Positions 1 to 12,108 are shown, counted from the stretch's first letter. The stretch: DNA of 64,000 nucleotides from Planctomycetota bacterium (GCA_965248445.1 CBDFJG010000003.1:1664001-1728000); one strand, 5' to 3'. Numbers and translations are program-made. Notes: generated by a model from the sequence alone, not told the origin.

Positions 1-707
1 CGGTCGGAACGTGGATCGCGAAGACGTTCCGCCTTGGACCGAGGAAGACTCGGCGAGCGCTCGAGACGCGCGTGATCCTGTACGGCGAGGAGCGCTTCCT
101 GTTCGGCACCTACAAGTGGCGCGCCGACGGCAGCGACGCCGACCTCGTCCACGAGCGCGAGACCGAGACCGTGCAGGGACCGCAATCACCGCAGGAGTGG
201 ACCTACCCGTCTCCCGAGGACTGCCTCGAGTGCCACACCGAGGCATCGTCGCGCGTGCTCGGGATCACCGCGACGCAAGTGAAGGCGCGCCGCGGCCGCC
301 GCGGCGTCATGCGGCGCTGGCGTAGCAAGGGCGTCCTCGACGGCGACGGAACCGACGTGCCGCACTTCCTGCCGGTCGCGGGCCGCAAGAAGCATGACCG
401 GCGGGTGCGGAGCTACCTCGCGTCGAACTGCGCGTACTGCCACCGCCCGGGCGCACCGGAGCCGGCGGGCCTGGATCTGCGCGCTTCCGTACCCCTGGCC
501 GACACCGGCTTGCTCGACCTGCCGGAGCGGAGCGTCCCCGCCATCCCGGACGCGCGCGTCGTGTTCGCGGGTGACCCCGACAAGAGCGTGCTCCTGTCCC
601 GCATGGCGCTGCGGGGCGACGCGGAGCAGATGCCGAAGCTCGGTTCGGCGTTCGCGCACGAGACCGCTCTCGACCTCGTCGAGGGCTGGATCCGCGACCT
701 CGAGTAG
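1..707 (+). CDS. 5'-partial multiheme (two CxxCH) cytochrome c domain protein, SO2930-like C-terminal region
   Basis: Frame is open from position 3 (VGTWIAKTF...ALETRVIL); heme motifs CLECH and CAYCH; terminal QMPKLG motif. Start lies outside the window. Confidence 0.7.
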   Translation, partial: VGTWIAKTFRLGPRKTRRALETRVILYGEERFLFGTYKWRADGSDADLVHERETETVQGPQSPQEWTYPSPEDCLECHTEASSRVLGITATQVKARRGRRGVMRRWRSKGVLDGDGTDVPHFLPVAGRKKHDRRVRSYLASNCAYCHRPGAPEPAGLDLRASVPLADTGLLDLPERSVPAIPDARVVFAGDPDKSVLLSRMALRGDAEQMPKLGSAFAHETALDLVEGWIRDLE

Positions 708-782
708 CCAATCCCAGGCGCCTTTCGGGGGCCGCTGCCGGGCCGGGTAGAGTCCCGGACCCGGTCGAAGGCGGAGGTCCGA

Positions 783-3467
783 GTGAGCGTTTATCCCGAG
801 TCCCAGGATCCCGATCCCGTCGAGACGACGGAGTGGCTGCACTCTCTCGAGAGCGTGGTGCAGACGCACGGCCAGGACCGGGCGCGGTACCTGCTCGACA
901 GGATGATGGCCCGCGCCCGGCTCGGAGGCTTCTCGCCCGACCAGCTCCTCACGACCGACTACGTCAACACGATCGCACCCGCAGACCAGCCGCCGTTCCC
1001 TGGCGACGAAGTCATGGAAGAGCGGATCAGCGACATCATCCGCTGGAACGCCGCCGTGATGGTCAGCCGCGCCAATCACGAGTACCCCGGGCTGGGCGGC
1101 CACATCTCGACGTTCGCGTCGTCGGCCGAGCTCTACGACGTCGCGTTCAACCACTTCTTCCGCGGGATCGAGGGCAGCGGCAGCGGCGATCAGATCTACT
1201 TCCAGGGGCACGGCTCGCCCGGCATCTACGCGCGCGCGTTCCTCGAGGGACGCCTGAACGAGGGCCACCTGAATCGCTTCCGCCGCGAGACGGAGCGCAC
1301 GTTCGAGCAGTGGCAGGGACTGTCGTCGTATCCGCACGCGCGGCTGATGCAGGACTTCTGGACGTTCCCCACCGTGTCGATGGGCATCGGCCCGATCTTC
1401 TCGATCTACCAGGCGCGCTTCAACCGCTACTTGCACGCGCGCGGAATGGCCGACACCAGCCAGTCGCGTGTGTGGTGCTTCGTGGGCGACGGCGAGTCCG
1501 ACGAGCCCGAGTCGCTCGGCGCGCTGTCCGTCGCCGCACGCGAGGGTCTGGACAACCTCGTCTGGGTCGTGAACTGCAACTTGCAGCGCCTCGATGGACC
1601 GGTGCGGGGCAACGGCCAGATCGTGCAGGAGCTCGAGACGGTGTTCCGCGGCGCCGGCTGGAACGTCATCAAAGTGCTCTGGGGCAGCGAGTGGGATCCG
1701 CTCTTCGAGAAGGACGAACGCCGGCTCATCGTCACGCGCATGAACGAGGCAGTGGACGGTGAGTACCAGCGTTTCAGGGCGGAGAACGGGGCCTTCATCC
1801 GCAAGCACTTCTGGGGTACGAACCCGGACTTGCTCGAACTTGTCTCCCACTTGTCGGACGCCGATGTCTGGGCGATGCGCCGGGGTGGCCACGACATGCA
1901 GAAAGTCCACGCCGCGTACAAGGCGGCGGAGGAGCACAAGGGCCGCCCCACAGTCGTGCTCGCCATGACCGTCAAGGGCTTCTCACTCGGCGGCGGCTTC
2001 GAGGCCACCAACGCCACGCACCAGATGAAGAAGATGAACGTCGAGACGCTGCGCGGCTTCCGCGACCGGCTCGACCTTCCCATCGACGACGACAAGCTGG
2101 AACGCGCGCCGTTCTACCACCCCGGCGCTGACAGCGACGAGGTCGCGTACCTGCGCGAGCGGCGTGCGGCGCTCGGCGGACCGGTGCCCGTGCGGCGCAC
2201 GACGTTCAGCGTGCAACTCGAGCTCCCCGAGCCCGATCTCTACGACGAGTTCCTTGGCGGTTCGAAGGGACGCGAGTTCTCGACGACGATGGCGTTCGTT
2301 CGGTTGCTCGCCAAGTTGATCAAGGACAAGGGGATCGGACGGCACATCGTGCCGATCATTCCCGACGAGGCGCGCACGTTCGGTATGGAACCACTGTTCC
2401 GCACGGTTGGCATCTATGCGGCGCAAGGACAGAAGTACGAGCCCGTCGACAAGAAGCAGCTCCTCTACTACCGCGAGACGAAGGACGGTCAGGTGCTCGA
2501 GGAGGGCATCACCGAAGCCGGGTCGATGGCGAGCTTCATGGCGGCGGGAACGTCGTACGCAACGCACGACACGCCGATGATCCCCTTCTACACCTTCTAT
2601 TCGATGTTCGGGTTCCAGCGAGTTGGCGACCTCGCGTGGGCGTTCGCGGATGCGCGCGGCCGCGGCTTCTTGATGGGTGCGACGGCCGGCCGCACCACGC
2701 TGAACGGAGAGGGGCTCCAGCACGAGGACGGACACAGCCATGTGCTCGCAGCGACCGTGCCGAACGTCGTTGCCTACGACCCCTCGTTCGCGTTCGAGAC
2801 TGCGCTGATCGTGCGTGAAGGCATGCGGCGCATGTACAGCGAAAACCAAGACGTCTTCTATTACGTCACGGTCCACAACGAGAACTACGCGCAGCCGCCG
2901 ATGCCGGCGCTCACCGAGCGCGGCGTCATCGAGGGCCTCTACCTCTTCGAACGCGCCAAGGAGCAGGCAGAGCATCACGTGCAGCTGTTCGGCAGCGGCT
3001 CGATCATGATGCAGGTGCTCGCAGCGCGCGACATGCTGGCGGAGCGCTTCGGCGTGTCGGCCAGCGTCTGGGGCGCAACGAGCTACCAGCAGTTGCGCGT
3101 CAAAGCATTGCGCGCCGAGCGCTGGAACCGCCTGCATCCGGACGAGACGCCGCGGTCATGCTGGCTGCAGGACTCGCTCGACGGCATCGAGGGTCCGTTC
3201 ATCGCAGCGAGTGACTTCATGATGCTCGTGCCCGACCAGATCGCCCGCTGGGTGCCCGGTACGTTCGTCCCCCTCGGCACCGACGGCTTCGGCATGAGCG
3301 ACACGCGCGAGGCGTTGCGCCGCCACTTCGAAGTCGATGCCGAGTCGATCGCGCTCGCCGCGCTCTACGGCCTGCACAAGGACGGCAAGCTGGACGCCGC
3401 AACCGTCAAGAAGGCCTACGACGACCTCGGCTACGACACCGAGAAGCTCCGCCCCACGGCGATCTAG
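783..3467 (+). CDS. aceE: Pyruvate dehydrogenase E1 component, homodimeric type
   Basis: DPDPVETTEW start, GGHISTFAS, FPTVSMG, GDGESDEPES (TPP motif), GRTTLNGEGLQHEDGHSH, LGTDGFG. Confidence 0.97.
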   Translation: MSVYPESQDPDPVETTEWLHSLESVVQTHGQDRARYLLDRMMARARLGGFSPDQLLTTDYVNTIAPADQPPFPGDEVMEERISDIIRWNAAVMVSRANHEYPGLGGHISTFASSAELYDVAFNHFFRGIEGSGSGDQIYFQGHGSPGIYARAFLEGRLNEGHLNRFRRETERTFEQWQGLSSYPHARLMQDFWTFPTVSMGIGPIFSIYQARFNRYLHARGMADTSQSRVWCFVGDGESDEPESLGALSVAAREGLDNLVWVVNCNLQRLDGPVRGNGQIVQELETVFRGAGWNVIKVLWGSEWDPLFEKDERRLIVTRMNEAVDGEYQRFRAENGAFIRKHFWGTNPDLLELVSHLSDADVWAMRRGGHDMQKVHAAYKAAEEHKGRPTVVLAMTVKGFSLGGGFEATNATHQMKKMNVETLRGFRDRLDLPIDDDKLERAPFYHPGADSDEVAYLRERRAALGGPVPVRRTTFSVQLELPEPDLYDEFLGGSKGREFSTTMAFVRLLAKLIKDKGIGRHIVPIIPDEARTFGMEPLFRTVGIYAAQGQKYEPVDKKQLLYYRETKDGQVLEEGITEAGSMASFMAAGTSYATHDTPMIPFYTFYSMFGFQRVGDLAWAFADARGRGFLMGATAGRTTLNGEGLQHEDGHSHVLAATVPNVVAYDPSFAFETALIVREGMRRMYSENQDVFYYVTVHNENYAQPPMPALTERGVIEGLYLFERAKEQAEHHVQLFGSGSIMMQVLAARDMLAERFGVSASVWGATSYQQLRVKALRAERWNRLHPDETPRSCWLQDSLDGIEGPFIAASDFMMLVPDQIARWVPGTFVPLGTDGFGMSDTREALRRHFEVDAESIALAALYGLHKDGKLDAATVKKAYDDLGYDTEKLRPTAI

Positions 3468-3479
3468 AAGGAACTCCGC

Positions 3480-3725
3480 ATGTCCGTATTGCTGGCCGCA
3501 ACGGACGAGCCGTACTGGCTGGAGATGTTCTGGGGCGTGTGCAGCATGCTCATCGGCGTCTACTCGGTCACGGGAGCGGTCTGCAACTGGGATTGGTTCA
3601 TGAACCACCGCAGCGCGGCAATCCCGGTGGCGCTGCTGACGCGCACGGGTGCGCGGCTGTTCTACATCGCCGTCGGAGTGGCGATCTTCGTCATCGGTGT
3701 GAACTGGGTGATCCCCGACGCGTGA
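3480..3725 (+). CDS. Small membrane protein, Imm17-like family
   Basis: Two hydrophobic helices around NWDWFMNH...RTGARLFY, which recalls Imm17 proteins; AGGA RBS upstream. Confidence 0.6.
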   Translation: MSVLLAATDEPYWLEMFWGVCSMLIGVYSVTGAVCNWDWFMNHRSAAIPVALLTRTGARLFYIAVGVAIFVIGVNWVIPDA

Positions 3726-4273
3726 TCAGCCGTCACGACTTCGGCCAGCTCCGTCCGGTACCATCCCGGTCCGCGGCCGCCCCCCGATCACGCCGGCGCC
3801 GCGGCGAGGAGACATCGCCATGAGTAGCACAATCGGGTTGCCGCCCGAGGCCGACCTCGCCGCACTCGGGTTCACCGTCCATCGCTACGAGGCGGACTCG
3901 CTGGCGCTGCAGCGAGAGCCGTTTCGCATGTCGTGGATCGCCACGCAGCTCGTCACGTTCGTGTTCGTGATTCGCAGACAGGTGACGTCGTGGGAGGAGA
4001 TGGCTGCGGACTTCGCCGCGATGAAGTCCTTCGCGAAGCAGCACAAGAAGACGTTCCTGCCGATGGGCTTCCAGTGCGGGTACGCGCTGCTGCCGATCTA
4101 CGTCGGTGCAGGTTTCTCCGACGAACTCAGGGAGACGGTGCGTTCCACGTTCAAGAAGCGGTGGTGCATGATGCACCTTCCGTCTCTGCTCGACCTAGCG
4201 ACGGGCGAGTGCACCTCGCTCGCGGCGAATCACATCTGGGGCGTCATCTACCGCACCTACGTCGCGGACACCA

Positions 4274-5890
<1,617 letters not shown>

Positions 5891-5899
5891 CCCGGCATG

Positions 5900-5936
5900 T
5901 TACGAATTTCCGTAATCTTGTGACGTGAATTCGTGA
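5900..5936. promoter_or_regulatory. Putative upstream activator sequence (two dyads) for the adjacent bEBP
   Basis: TTACG-N6-CGTAA (5900-5915) and TGACG-N6-CGTGA (5921-5936), starts 21 bp apart, about 90-120 bp upstream of the sigma-54 promoter. Confidence 0.55.
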
Positions 5937-6022
5937 AATCCGAGATCTCGCGATCCTGGACGGTCGCGCGTCACAGACTTAAGCTTACTCTTGATAAGGA
6001 GTTATGTCTCTATCGCTGTGGC

Positions 6023-6037
6023 TGGCACGCCATCTGC
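6023..6037 (+). promoter_or_regulatory. Sigma-54 (-24/-12) promoter
   Basis: TGGCAC-GCCAT-CTGC matches TGGCAC-N5-TTGC; divergent from a bEBP and upstream of the AAGGAGG RBS of the 6077 gene. Confidence 0.75.
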
Positions 6038-6076
6038 GTTTGTCGGGCATCAGCATCTCGCCACAAGGAGGCACCG

Positions 6077-6640
6077 ATGTCCCGACTCACCCTTCCCAGA
6101 CAACAGGCCATCGATCCGAAGGCGCAGCGGGTGCTGCGAGCCATCCGGAGTTCGCTCGGCTTCGTGCCGAACATGTTGCGCTCCATGGCGAGCGCGCCGG
6201 CAGTGCTTTTGGGCTACACCCAGCTGTCATCCACCCTCGCCGGCGGGAACCTCAGCGCAGAGCTGCGCGAGAAGATCGCCCTGCTGGTCGCGCAGGAGAA
6301 TGCCTGCGAGTACTGCGTGGCGGCTCACAGCACGACCGCCGGCGCAGCCGGTCTCAGCCTGGAGGCGATCCTCGATGCCCGCCGCGGCACGGCTGTCGGC
6401 CGCACCGAGCAGGCCGGGCTCGACTTCGCGAGGGCCGTGCTCGAGCACAAGGGCGCGGTCGCCGACACCGATCTCGCGGACGTCCGGGCCGCCGGATACC
6501 GCGACGGCGACATCGCCGAGATCGTCGCGAACGTCGTGCTCACGATCTACTCGAACTACTTCAACAAGGTCGCCGAGACGGAGATCGACTTCCGCCGCGT
6601 CCTGCCCGTCGCGGCCGTCGCGACCGCCCACGCAGCCTGA
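6077..6640 (+). CDS. AhpD-like/carboxymuconolactone decarboxylase family peroxidase-related protein
   Basis: LGFVPNM, EKIALLVAQENACEYCVAAH (CxxC..H motif), NYFNKVAETEIDF; AAGGAGG RBS. Confidence 0.85.
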   Translation: MSRLTLPRQQAIDPKAQRVLRAIRSSLGFVPNMLRSMASAPAVLLGYTQLSSTLAGGNLSAELREKIALLVAQENACEYCVAAHSTTAGAAGLSLEAILDARRGTAVGRTEQAGLDFARAVLEHKGAVADTDLADVRAAGYRDGDIAEIVANVVLTIYSNYFNKVAETEIDFRRVLPVAAVATAHAA

Positions 6641-6707
6641 CCCCTTTCGTTCCCCCCGGCCGGGGGTCGCGCACGCAGCCCGACAGCCCCACAGAAAGAG
6701 CCACCCG

Positions 6708-7322
6708 ATGACAGCCATCGCCCCGAACACCGACGTCGTCTTCTCCCCCGCCGTCAAGCGGCAGCAAGCGCGGCTCGGCTCCCGCAACATGATCGAGCGG
6801 TGGGAGCAGCGCGGCGGGTTCCGCGAGGACCGCGACGCGGAGCTGTACGCGTTCGCCGCGGAGCGCGACTCGTTCTACCTCGGCACGGTCAGCGCCGAGG
6901 GCCAGCCCTACATCCAGCACCGGGGCGGGCCGCGGGGCTTCCTCAAGAAGATCGGCGGGCGCAAGCTCGCGTTCGCCGAGTTCGCGGGGAACAAGCAGTA
7001 CGTCTCGTACGGCAACCTCGACGACAACCCGAAGGCGACGATCTTCCTGATGGACTACGCCAACCGGAAGCGGATCAAGGTGTGGGGCCGCGCCGAGGTG
7101 GTGGAGGACGATCCGGAGCTCCTGGCGCTCGTCGACGATCCCGAATACGCGTCACGCCCCGAGCGAGCGATCGTGTTCCACGTGGACGCGTTCGACACGA
7201 ACTGCCCGCAGCACATCCCCGTGCTGCTTCCGGCGGATCTGGTCGCGAGCGAACTCGAGAAGCTGAGAGACCGCGTCGCGGACCTCGAGCGCGAGAACGC
7301 CGAGCTCCGCGCCGCAGTCTGA
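6708..7322 (+). CDS. Pyridoxamine 5'-phosphate oxidase family (FMN-binding split barrel) protein
   Basis: RDSFYLGTVSAEGQPYIQHRGGPRGF, FAGNKQYVSYGNL, FDTNCPQHIP. Confidence 0.85.
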   Translation: MTAIAPNTDVVFSPAVKRQQARLGSRNMIERWEQRGGFREDRDAELYAFAAERDSFYLGTVSAEGQPYIQHRGGPRGFLKKIGGRKLAFAEFAGNKQYVSYGNLDDNPKATIFLMDYANRKRIKVWGRAEVVEDDPELLALVDDPEYASRPERAIVFHVDAFDTNCPQHIPVLLPADLVASELEKLRDRVADLERENAELRAAV

Positions 7323-7376
7323 AGCCGATCGGTCAGCTGGCGAGCACCCGGCCTCACGCATCCGCGGCGCGTTCGC

Positions 7377-9038
7377 TCAGCGGGGGAGACGTTCCGCCAA
7401 GACCGCCGCGATCGTGCCCGCGAGCCCCGGTGGAGCCTCGGGATCCGAAGCAGCCAGCTGCTGCGCACGCTGGAGCAGCGCCACCCCGTCCTCGGTTCGG
7501 TTCTGCTGCAGGGCGACCAGGCCGGCGTGAAAGTGCGCCACGGCGTGGTCGGGATCAAGCGCAAGCGCCCGGTCGTATGCCTCAGCCGCACGCGTCCGCT
7601 GCTCGCGGCGGGCGTGCACGTCGCCGATCAGGACCCACGCCCAGGCCTTCGGACGGAGCTCGATGCTCCTCTCAAGGTGGCGCAGCGCACGATCGGGCTC
7701 GTCCCGCAGGATCGCCGCGTTCGCCAGCCGCATCCGGCGCTCGGCGCTGGCCTGGCCGATACGTTCGAGCAGAGCGTCCGCGCGCTCGGCGGCTTCGAGG
7801 TCCCCGCGTTCGAGCGGCCTGCGAAAGCCGACTTCCGGCTCGACCGCCGCGAACACGGTGAGAGCGAGTGCTGCCGCGCCGCCCAGCCACAAGAACGCGC
7901 GGACCGTCACGGGAGGCAGCGTCGGCGCCTCCGCGGCCGCGGCAGACCGCGGCACCAGGAGGATGCGCGCGATGCGGCCCTCGCGCAGCTTCCAGATCAC
8001 GCCGTCGAGCACGAAGTGGTGGAGGTTCACCAGCGACGCGACCATGACGGTCAGGCCCTCGTCGTAGGGGAGTCGCCCGAGCATGCCCGGAGCGAACAGG
8101 ACGGCGGGCACCGCCCAGAGCGCGCAACCGGCCAAGAGCGCCTTCAACAGGAAGGCGGGCAGCCGACGGGCGCGCCCCTGCGCCGACGCGAAGTACGACG
8201 TGATCCACAAGTACTGCACCGCATGTCCGGCTCCGATCCACAGAAACGCGTAGTGCGCGTGCGTCGTGCCGAGCGGCTCGACGCCTCCGAGAACACCGAA
8301 CTCACGCGCCAGTGCCGGCACCGCGAACCAGAGCGACTGCGTGCCGATCAGCAAGATCGCAGGCAGCAGTTCGCGCAGTGGCGCCGCTCGGCGCAGCTGC
8401 ACGACGGCCGCGGCAGTCACGACCGCGTACAGAGCGCCGACGGCCGCCATCAGCCACGAGGACGCGCCCGCCGGGATGCCGGCGAGTGGACCGAGTGCCA
8501 CGAATGCGTAGACGTCGCCGGGAATCTGGTTGGGCGCGTAGCTGGCGGCCGGGTCCTCGCCGTGCAGCGCGAGCAACGCCAGCAGGCAGGACAGGATGAA
8601 CGAGTAGTGCAGGAACTGCCGTGCGCGGGGGGTCACGTCGACGCCTCGCCGGCGCAGGAACATCATCGCCACGCCGAAGTTCTGCCCGGCGTAGTGCCAC
8701 GGGCTCCAGGTCAAGTAGAGCGTGACGAACCACGAGCCGAGCGCCTCCCAGTAGAGCCCGGAGGCAAAGCCAGCGCCGAGAAGGAGCGTCGTCCAACCGC
8801 TGAAGAGCATCCATGCCCGCCGGTCGGCCGCCCGCCCGTACGCCCGCATCGCCGTGGCGCCGTAGTGAGCGCTCGCCAGGATCGTGATCGGGATGATCGC
8901 GATCGTGGCCGGCATGACCTCGCGCACGCTCTCCCCGGCGAGCGACAGGGCCGTGAAGACGATCGCGTAGACCAGCCCGCACCCGAGCAGCAGGTCGGAG
9001 GCGGGGCCGTAGAGCCAGCGGCTCGTCCCGGGAGTCAT
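7377..9038 (-). CDS. Polytopic membrane protein with C-terminal TPR repeats
   Basis: Many TM segments with His motifs (HYGAT, WSPWHYAGQNFG, HHFVLDGVIWKLR); TPR-like AYDRALALDPDHAVAHFHAG. Confidence 0.75.
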   Translation of the reverse strand: MTPGTSRWLYGPASDLLLGCGLVYAIVFTALSLAGESVREVMPATIAIIPITILASAHYGATAMRAYGRAADRRAWMLFSGWTTLLLGAGFASGLYWEALGSWFVTLYLTWSPWHYAGQNFGVAMMFLRRRGVDVTPRARQFLHYSFILSCLLALLALHGEDPAASYAPNQIPGDVYAFVALGPLAGIPAGASSWLMAAVGALYAVVTAAAVVQLRRAAPLRELLPAILLIGTQSLWFAVPALAREFGVLGGVEPLGTTHAHYAFLWIGAGHAVQYLWITSYFASAQGRARRLPAFLLKALLAGCALWAVPAVLFAPGMLGRLPYDEGLTVMVASLVNLHHFVLDGVIWKLREGRIARILLVPRSAAAAEAPTLPPVTVRAFLWLGGAAALALTVFAAVEPEVGFRRPLERGDLEAAERADALLERIGQASAERRMRLANAAILRDEPDRALRHLERSIELRPKAWAWVLIGDVHARREQRTRAAEAYDRALALDPDHAVAHFHAGLVALQQNRTEDGVALLQRAQQLAASDPEAPPGLAGTIAAVLAERLPR

Positions 9039-9133
9039 CGCGTCACTGTACGCGCACGGGTCGTTCGTCTCGCGACCCGGCGGCCCACCGGCCTTTAGGA
9101 TCGTCGGCTTCCACCGAACCGGGAGCCGCAAGC

Positions 9134-12055
9134 ATGATCACCACCGCCACACGCACAGTCCTCTTCGCAACGGGAGTCTCTCTCGTCCTCCTCGCCGGCT
9201 GCGGCCAGGAGCAGACGATGACGCCGCCCGCACCGGGAACGGTGGGAGTCGCCGACAAGACTGCCGATCCGCGCAGTGACGATCCGCGCACTGCGGACCC
9301 GCGTCCGTGGGCGCACGAGCGGTCGGACATCCCAGTCGATCCGCGCATCAAGTTCGGTCACTTCGACAACGGCATGCGTTACGCGTGGGCGGCGAATTCT
9401 GAGCCGAAGAAGCGTTGCTACGTCCGACTGCACGTCGACGTCGGAAGCCTCGGCGAGAACGACGACGAACAGGGGGTGGCGCACTTCCTCGAGCACATGG
9501 CGTTCAACGGCACGAAGAACTTCGAGCCAGGCACGCTCATCGAGTGGTTCCAGGAAAACGGAATGGCGTTCGGCGCCGACACGAACGCACACACTGCGTT
9601 CAGCGAGACGGTCTACAAGCTGGACCTGCCCGACAACGACGCGGAGACGATCCGCGAGGGACTGACTGTGCTGCGCGACTTCGCGGACGGCATGTTGCTC
9701 GCGGAGGAAGAGGTCGAGGCCGAGAAGGGCGTCATCGACGGCGAGCAGCGCGAGCGCGACTCGGCGCGGTTCCGCATGATGGAGAAGGAACTCGACATCG
9801 TGTTCGCCGGCACGCTCGTGGCCGAGCGCATTCCGATCGGCACGAAGGAGGTGCGCGACACGTTCAACGCGGCGAAGGTGCGCGCGTTCTACGAGCGCTG
9901 GTACCGCCCCGAGAACATGACGCTGGTCGCCGTCGGCGACTTCGGCGAACTCGATCCGGTGCCGCTGTTCGAGGAGGCGTTCGCCGACATGCCGGTGCCG
10001 GCATCGCCCCTGGTCGAAGAGCCCCAGCCGGGCAAGCCGGCGAGCTACTCGCACTTCTACTCCATCTACGAGAAGGAGATCCCGCAGGTGCAGATCGGGA
10101 TCGCGCGCCTGCGCGAGTGGGAAGACGAGCCGACAACCATCGCCGAGTGGACGGAGGATCTGCCGCTCCAGTACGCGTACTCGATGCTGAACATCCGCTT
10201 CTCGGAACTCGCCAAGAAGGACGACGCACCGTTCCTCGGCGCGAGTGCGTCGAATCTGACGATGTTCGAGGTCATCGACGGCGAGAGCCTCGGCATCCGC
10301 GCAGCGCCGGAGAAGTGGAAGGAAGCGCTCGCCGCCTCCGAGCAGGAACTGCGCCGCGCGATCGAACACGGCTTCGCGCAGGGGGAACTCGACGAGGTCC
10401 GCGCCAACGCGTTGCGCGGCCTGGACGAAGCGGTCGAGCGCGAGGCGACGGCTCCGAGCCGCGCGTTGCTGCGTCGGATCCTCGGCGCCGCCGAGCGCGA
10501 GACGGTGCCGACAACGGCGGAGACGCGACGCAACATCATGAGGCCCGCCGTCGAGGCGCTGACCGTCCAGGGATGTCACGACGCCCTCAAGGCCGCGTGG
10601 AGCACGGGCGAGTTGTCGATCGACGCGTCGGGCAATCTCGATCTCGGCGAGGACGCCGGCGAGCAACTGCGCGCAGCGTACGAGGCCAGCACGAAGGTCG
10701 CGGTCGAGGCGCGCAAGGTCGTCGAGACCGATGAGTTCGCCTACGCATCCGACGCGTCGAAGGCAGGCGCCGTCGCGAGCCGCGAGCACGTCGAGGATCT
10801 CGACATCCATCTGGTGCGCTTCGAGAACGGCGTTGCGCTGAACCTCAAGCGAACCGACTTCCGCGAGAACCAGATCATGATGAGCGTGCAGTTCGGAGAG
10901 GGCGCGCTCACGCTCGATCCGAAGGATGTGCTGGTTCTGCAGATGGTCGCACCTGCAATCGTGAACGGCGGCGGACTCGCCGCACATACGACTGACGACC
11001 TGCGGAGGCTGATGGCCGGCAAGCAGGCAGGGGTCGGATTCAACGTGGGCGCCGACCGGTTCGCGCTGCGCGGCGGCACGACCGCCGAGGACCTCCTTCT
11101 CCAGTGCGAACTCGCCTCCGCATACCTGCGCGCCCCGGGATGGCGCGAGGACGCGCTCGGTCAGCTGCGCCAGCGCGTGCCCATGATGTTCGAGGGCATG
11201 AAGCACCAGCACAACGGTCCGGCGATGATGGAGTTCATCCCCGCGCTCTACTCGGGCGATCCGCGACACGGCCTCCCCGATCCCGAAGCGATCCTCGGCA
11301 CCGGCGCAGCGGAAGTGCGCGCGTGGCTCGAGCCGATCCTCGCCGACGCGCCGATCGAGGTGTCGATGGTGGGGGATCTCGACGTGGACGAGGCGATCGC
11401 TGCGGTCGCGCGTACGTTCGGCACGCTGTCGAAGCGGCGTGACTGGATGCCGTTCGACGAGCGGCGCGTCAAGCCCGCGCCGAAGAGCGGCCTCGCACAG
11501 AAGCACACCATCGCCACGCAGGTCCCGAAGTCGCTCGTGTTGATCGCCTTCCCGACGACTGACGGCATCGAGATGCTACGCCGCCGCCGGCTGAACATGC
11601 TGAACCAGGTGGTCCGTGACCGCCTGCGCCTCGAGGTCCGCGAGAAGCTCGGCGCGGCGTACAGCCCGGGGTCCCAGACCCAGGTCAGCACGGTCCATCC
11701 CGGCGACGGGTTCCTGATGATGCAAGCCATGGCGGATCCCGACAAGGTGGACGCACTCGTCGAGGCGTGCCTCGCCGTGGGCGATTCGCTGGCCAAGGAC
11801 GGCGTGCAGGACGAGGAGTTGGACCGCGTGCGACAGCCGATCTTAAAGCAGCGCCGCGACGCCAAGCGCACGAACCGCTTCTGGATGCAGGCCCTCGCAC
11901 GCGCGCAGAGCGAGCCGGGCCAACTGGACAACATGCGCTCAGGTGACGACTTCTACGAGAACGTGAAGGCGGCCGACCTCACGCCGCTCGCCGCGGAGTA
12001 CCTGAAGAGCGAGCGCGCCTCGACGCTCGTCGTGAGCCCAGAGCCCAACGAGTAG
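9134..12055 (+). CDS. M16 family zinc peptidase (PqqL/insulinase-like), lipoprotein
   Basis: Lipobox LAGC; inverted zinc motif AHFLEHMAFNG; NAHTAFSETVYKL; FYERWYRPENM. Confidence 0.92.
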   Translation: MITTATRTVLFATGVSLVLLAGCGQEQTMTPPAPGTVGVADKTADPRSDDPRTADPRPWAHERSDIPVDPRIKFGHFDNGMRYAWAANSEPKKRCYVRLHVDVGSLGENDDEQGVAHFLEHMAFNGTKNFEPGTLIEWFQENGMAFGADTNAHTAFSETVYKLDLPDNDAETIREGLTVLRDFADGMLLAEEEVEAEKGVIDGEQRERDSARFRMMEKELDIVFAGTLVAERIPIGTKEVRDTFNAAKVRAFYERWYRPENMTLVAVGDFGELDPVPLFEEAFADMPVPASPLVEEPQPGKPASYSHFYSIYEKEIPQVQIGIARLREWEDEPTTIAEWTEDLPLQYAYSMLNIRFSELAKKDDAPFLGASASNLTMFEVIDGESLGIRAAPEKWKEALAASEQELRRAIEHGFAQGELDEVRANALRGLDEAVEREATAPSRALLRRILGAAERETVPTTAETRRNIMRPAVEALTVQGCHDALKAAWSTGELSIDASGNLDLGEDAGEQLRAAYEASTKVAVEARKVVETDEFAYASDASKAGAVASREHVEDLDIHLVRFENGVALNLKRTDFRENQIMMSVQFGEGALTLDPKDVLVLQMVAPAIVNGGGLAAHTTDDLRRLMAGKQAGVGFNVGADRFALRGGTTAEDLLLQCELASAYLRAPGWREDALGQLRQRVPMMFEGMKHQHNGPAMMEFIPALYSGDPRHGLPDPEAILGTGAAEVRAWLEPILADAPIEVSMVGDLDVDEAIAAVARTFGTLSKRRDWMPFDERRVKPAPKSGLAQKHTIATQVPKSLVLIAFPTTDGIEMLRRRRLNMLNQVVRDRLRLEVREKLGAAYSPGSQTQVSTVHPGDGFLMMQAMADPDKVDALVEACLAVGDSLAKDGVQDEELDRVRQPILKQRRDAKRTNRFWMQALARAQSEPGQLDNMRSGDDFYENVKAADLTPLAAEYLKSERASTLVVSPEPNE

Positions 12056-12083
12056 GGCGGGCGCCCTGGCCGACGGCTCCGCT

Positions 12084-12108
12084 GTAGGGGCGGGGCGCTG
12101 CCCCGCCC
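12084..12108 (+). repeat. GTAG-type REP-like palindrome
   Basis: GTAG followed by perfect hairpin GGGCGGGGC-GCT-GCCCCGCCC just downstream of a stop codon. Confidence 0.45.

Noticed and set aside
186..3137. Long antisense ORFs opposite aceE (186-1937, 1983-3137) and similar ones opposite the M16 peptidase, AKR, kinase and hydrolase genes
   Set aside because: Shadow ORFs expected in high-GC DNA; the opposite strand has clear family motifs and codon bias.
9262..9306. Short repeats GATCCGCGCA in the M16 gene (and GATGACCGCCC at about 37565-37590 in the FKBP gene)
   Set aside because: They encode low-complexity linkers after lipoprotein signal peptides; not CRISPR or regulatory arrays.
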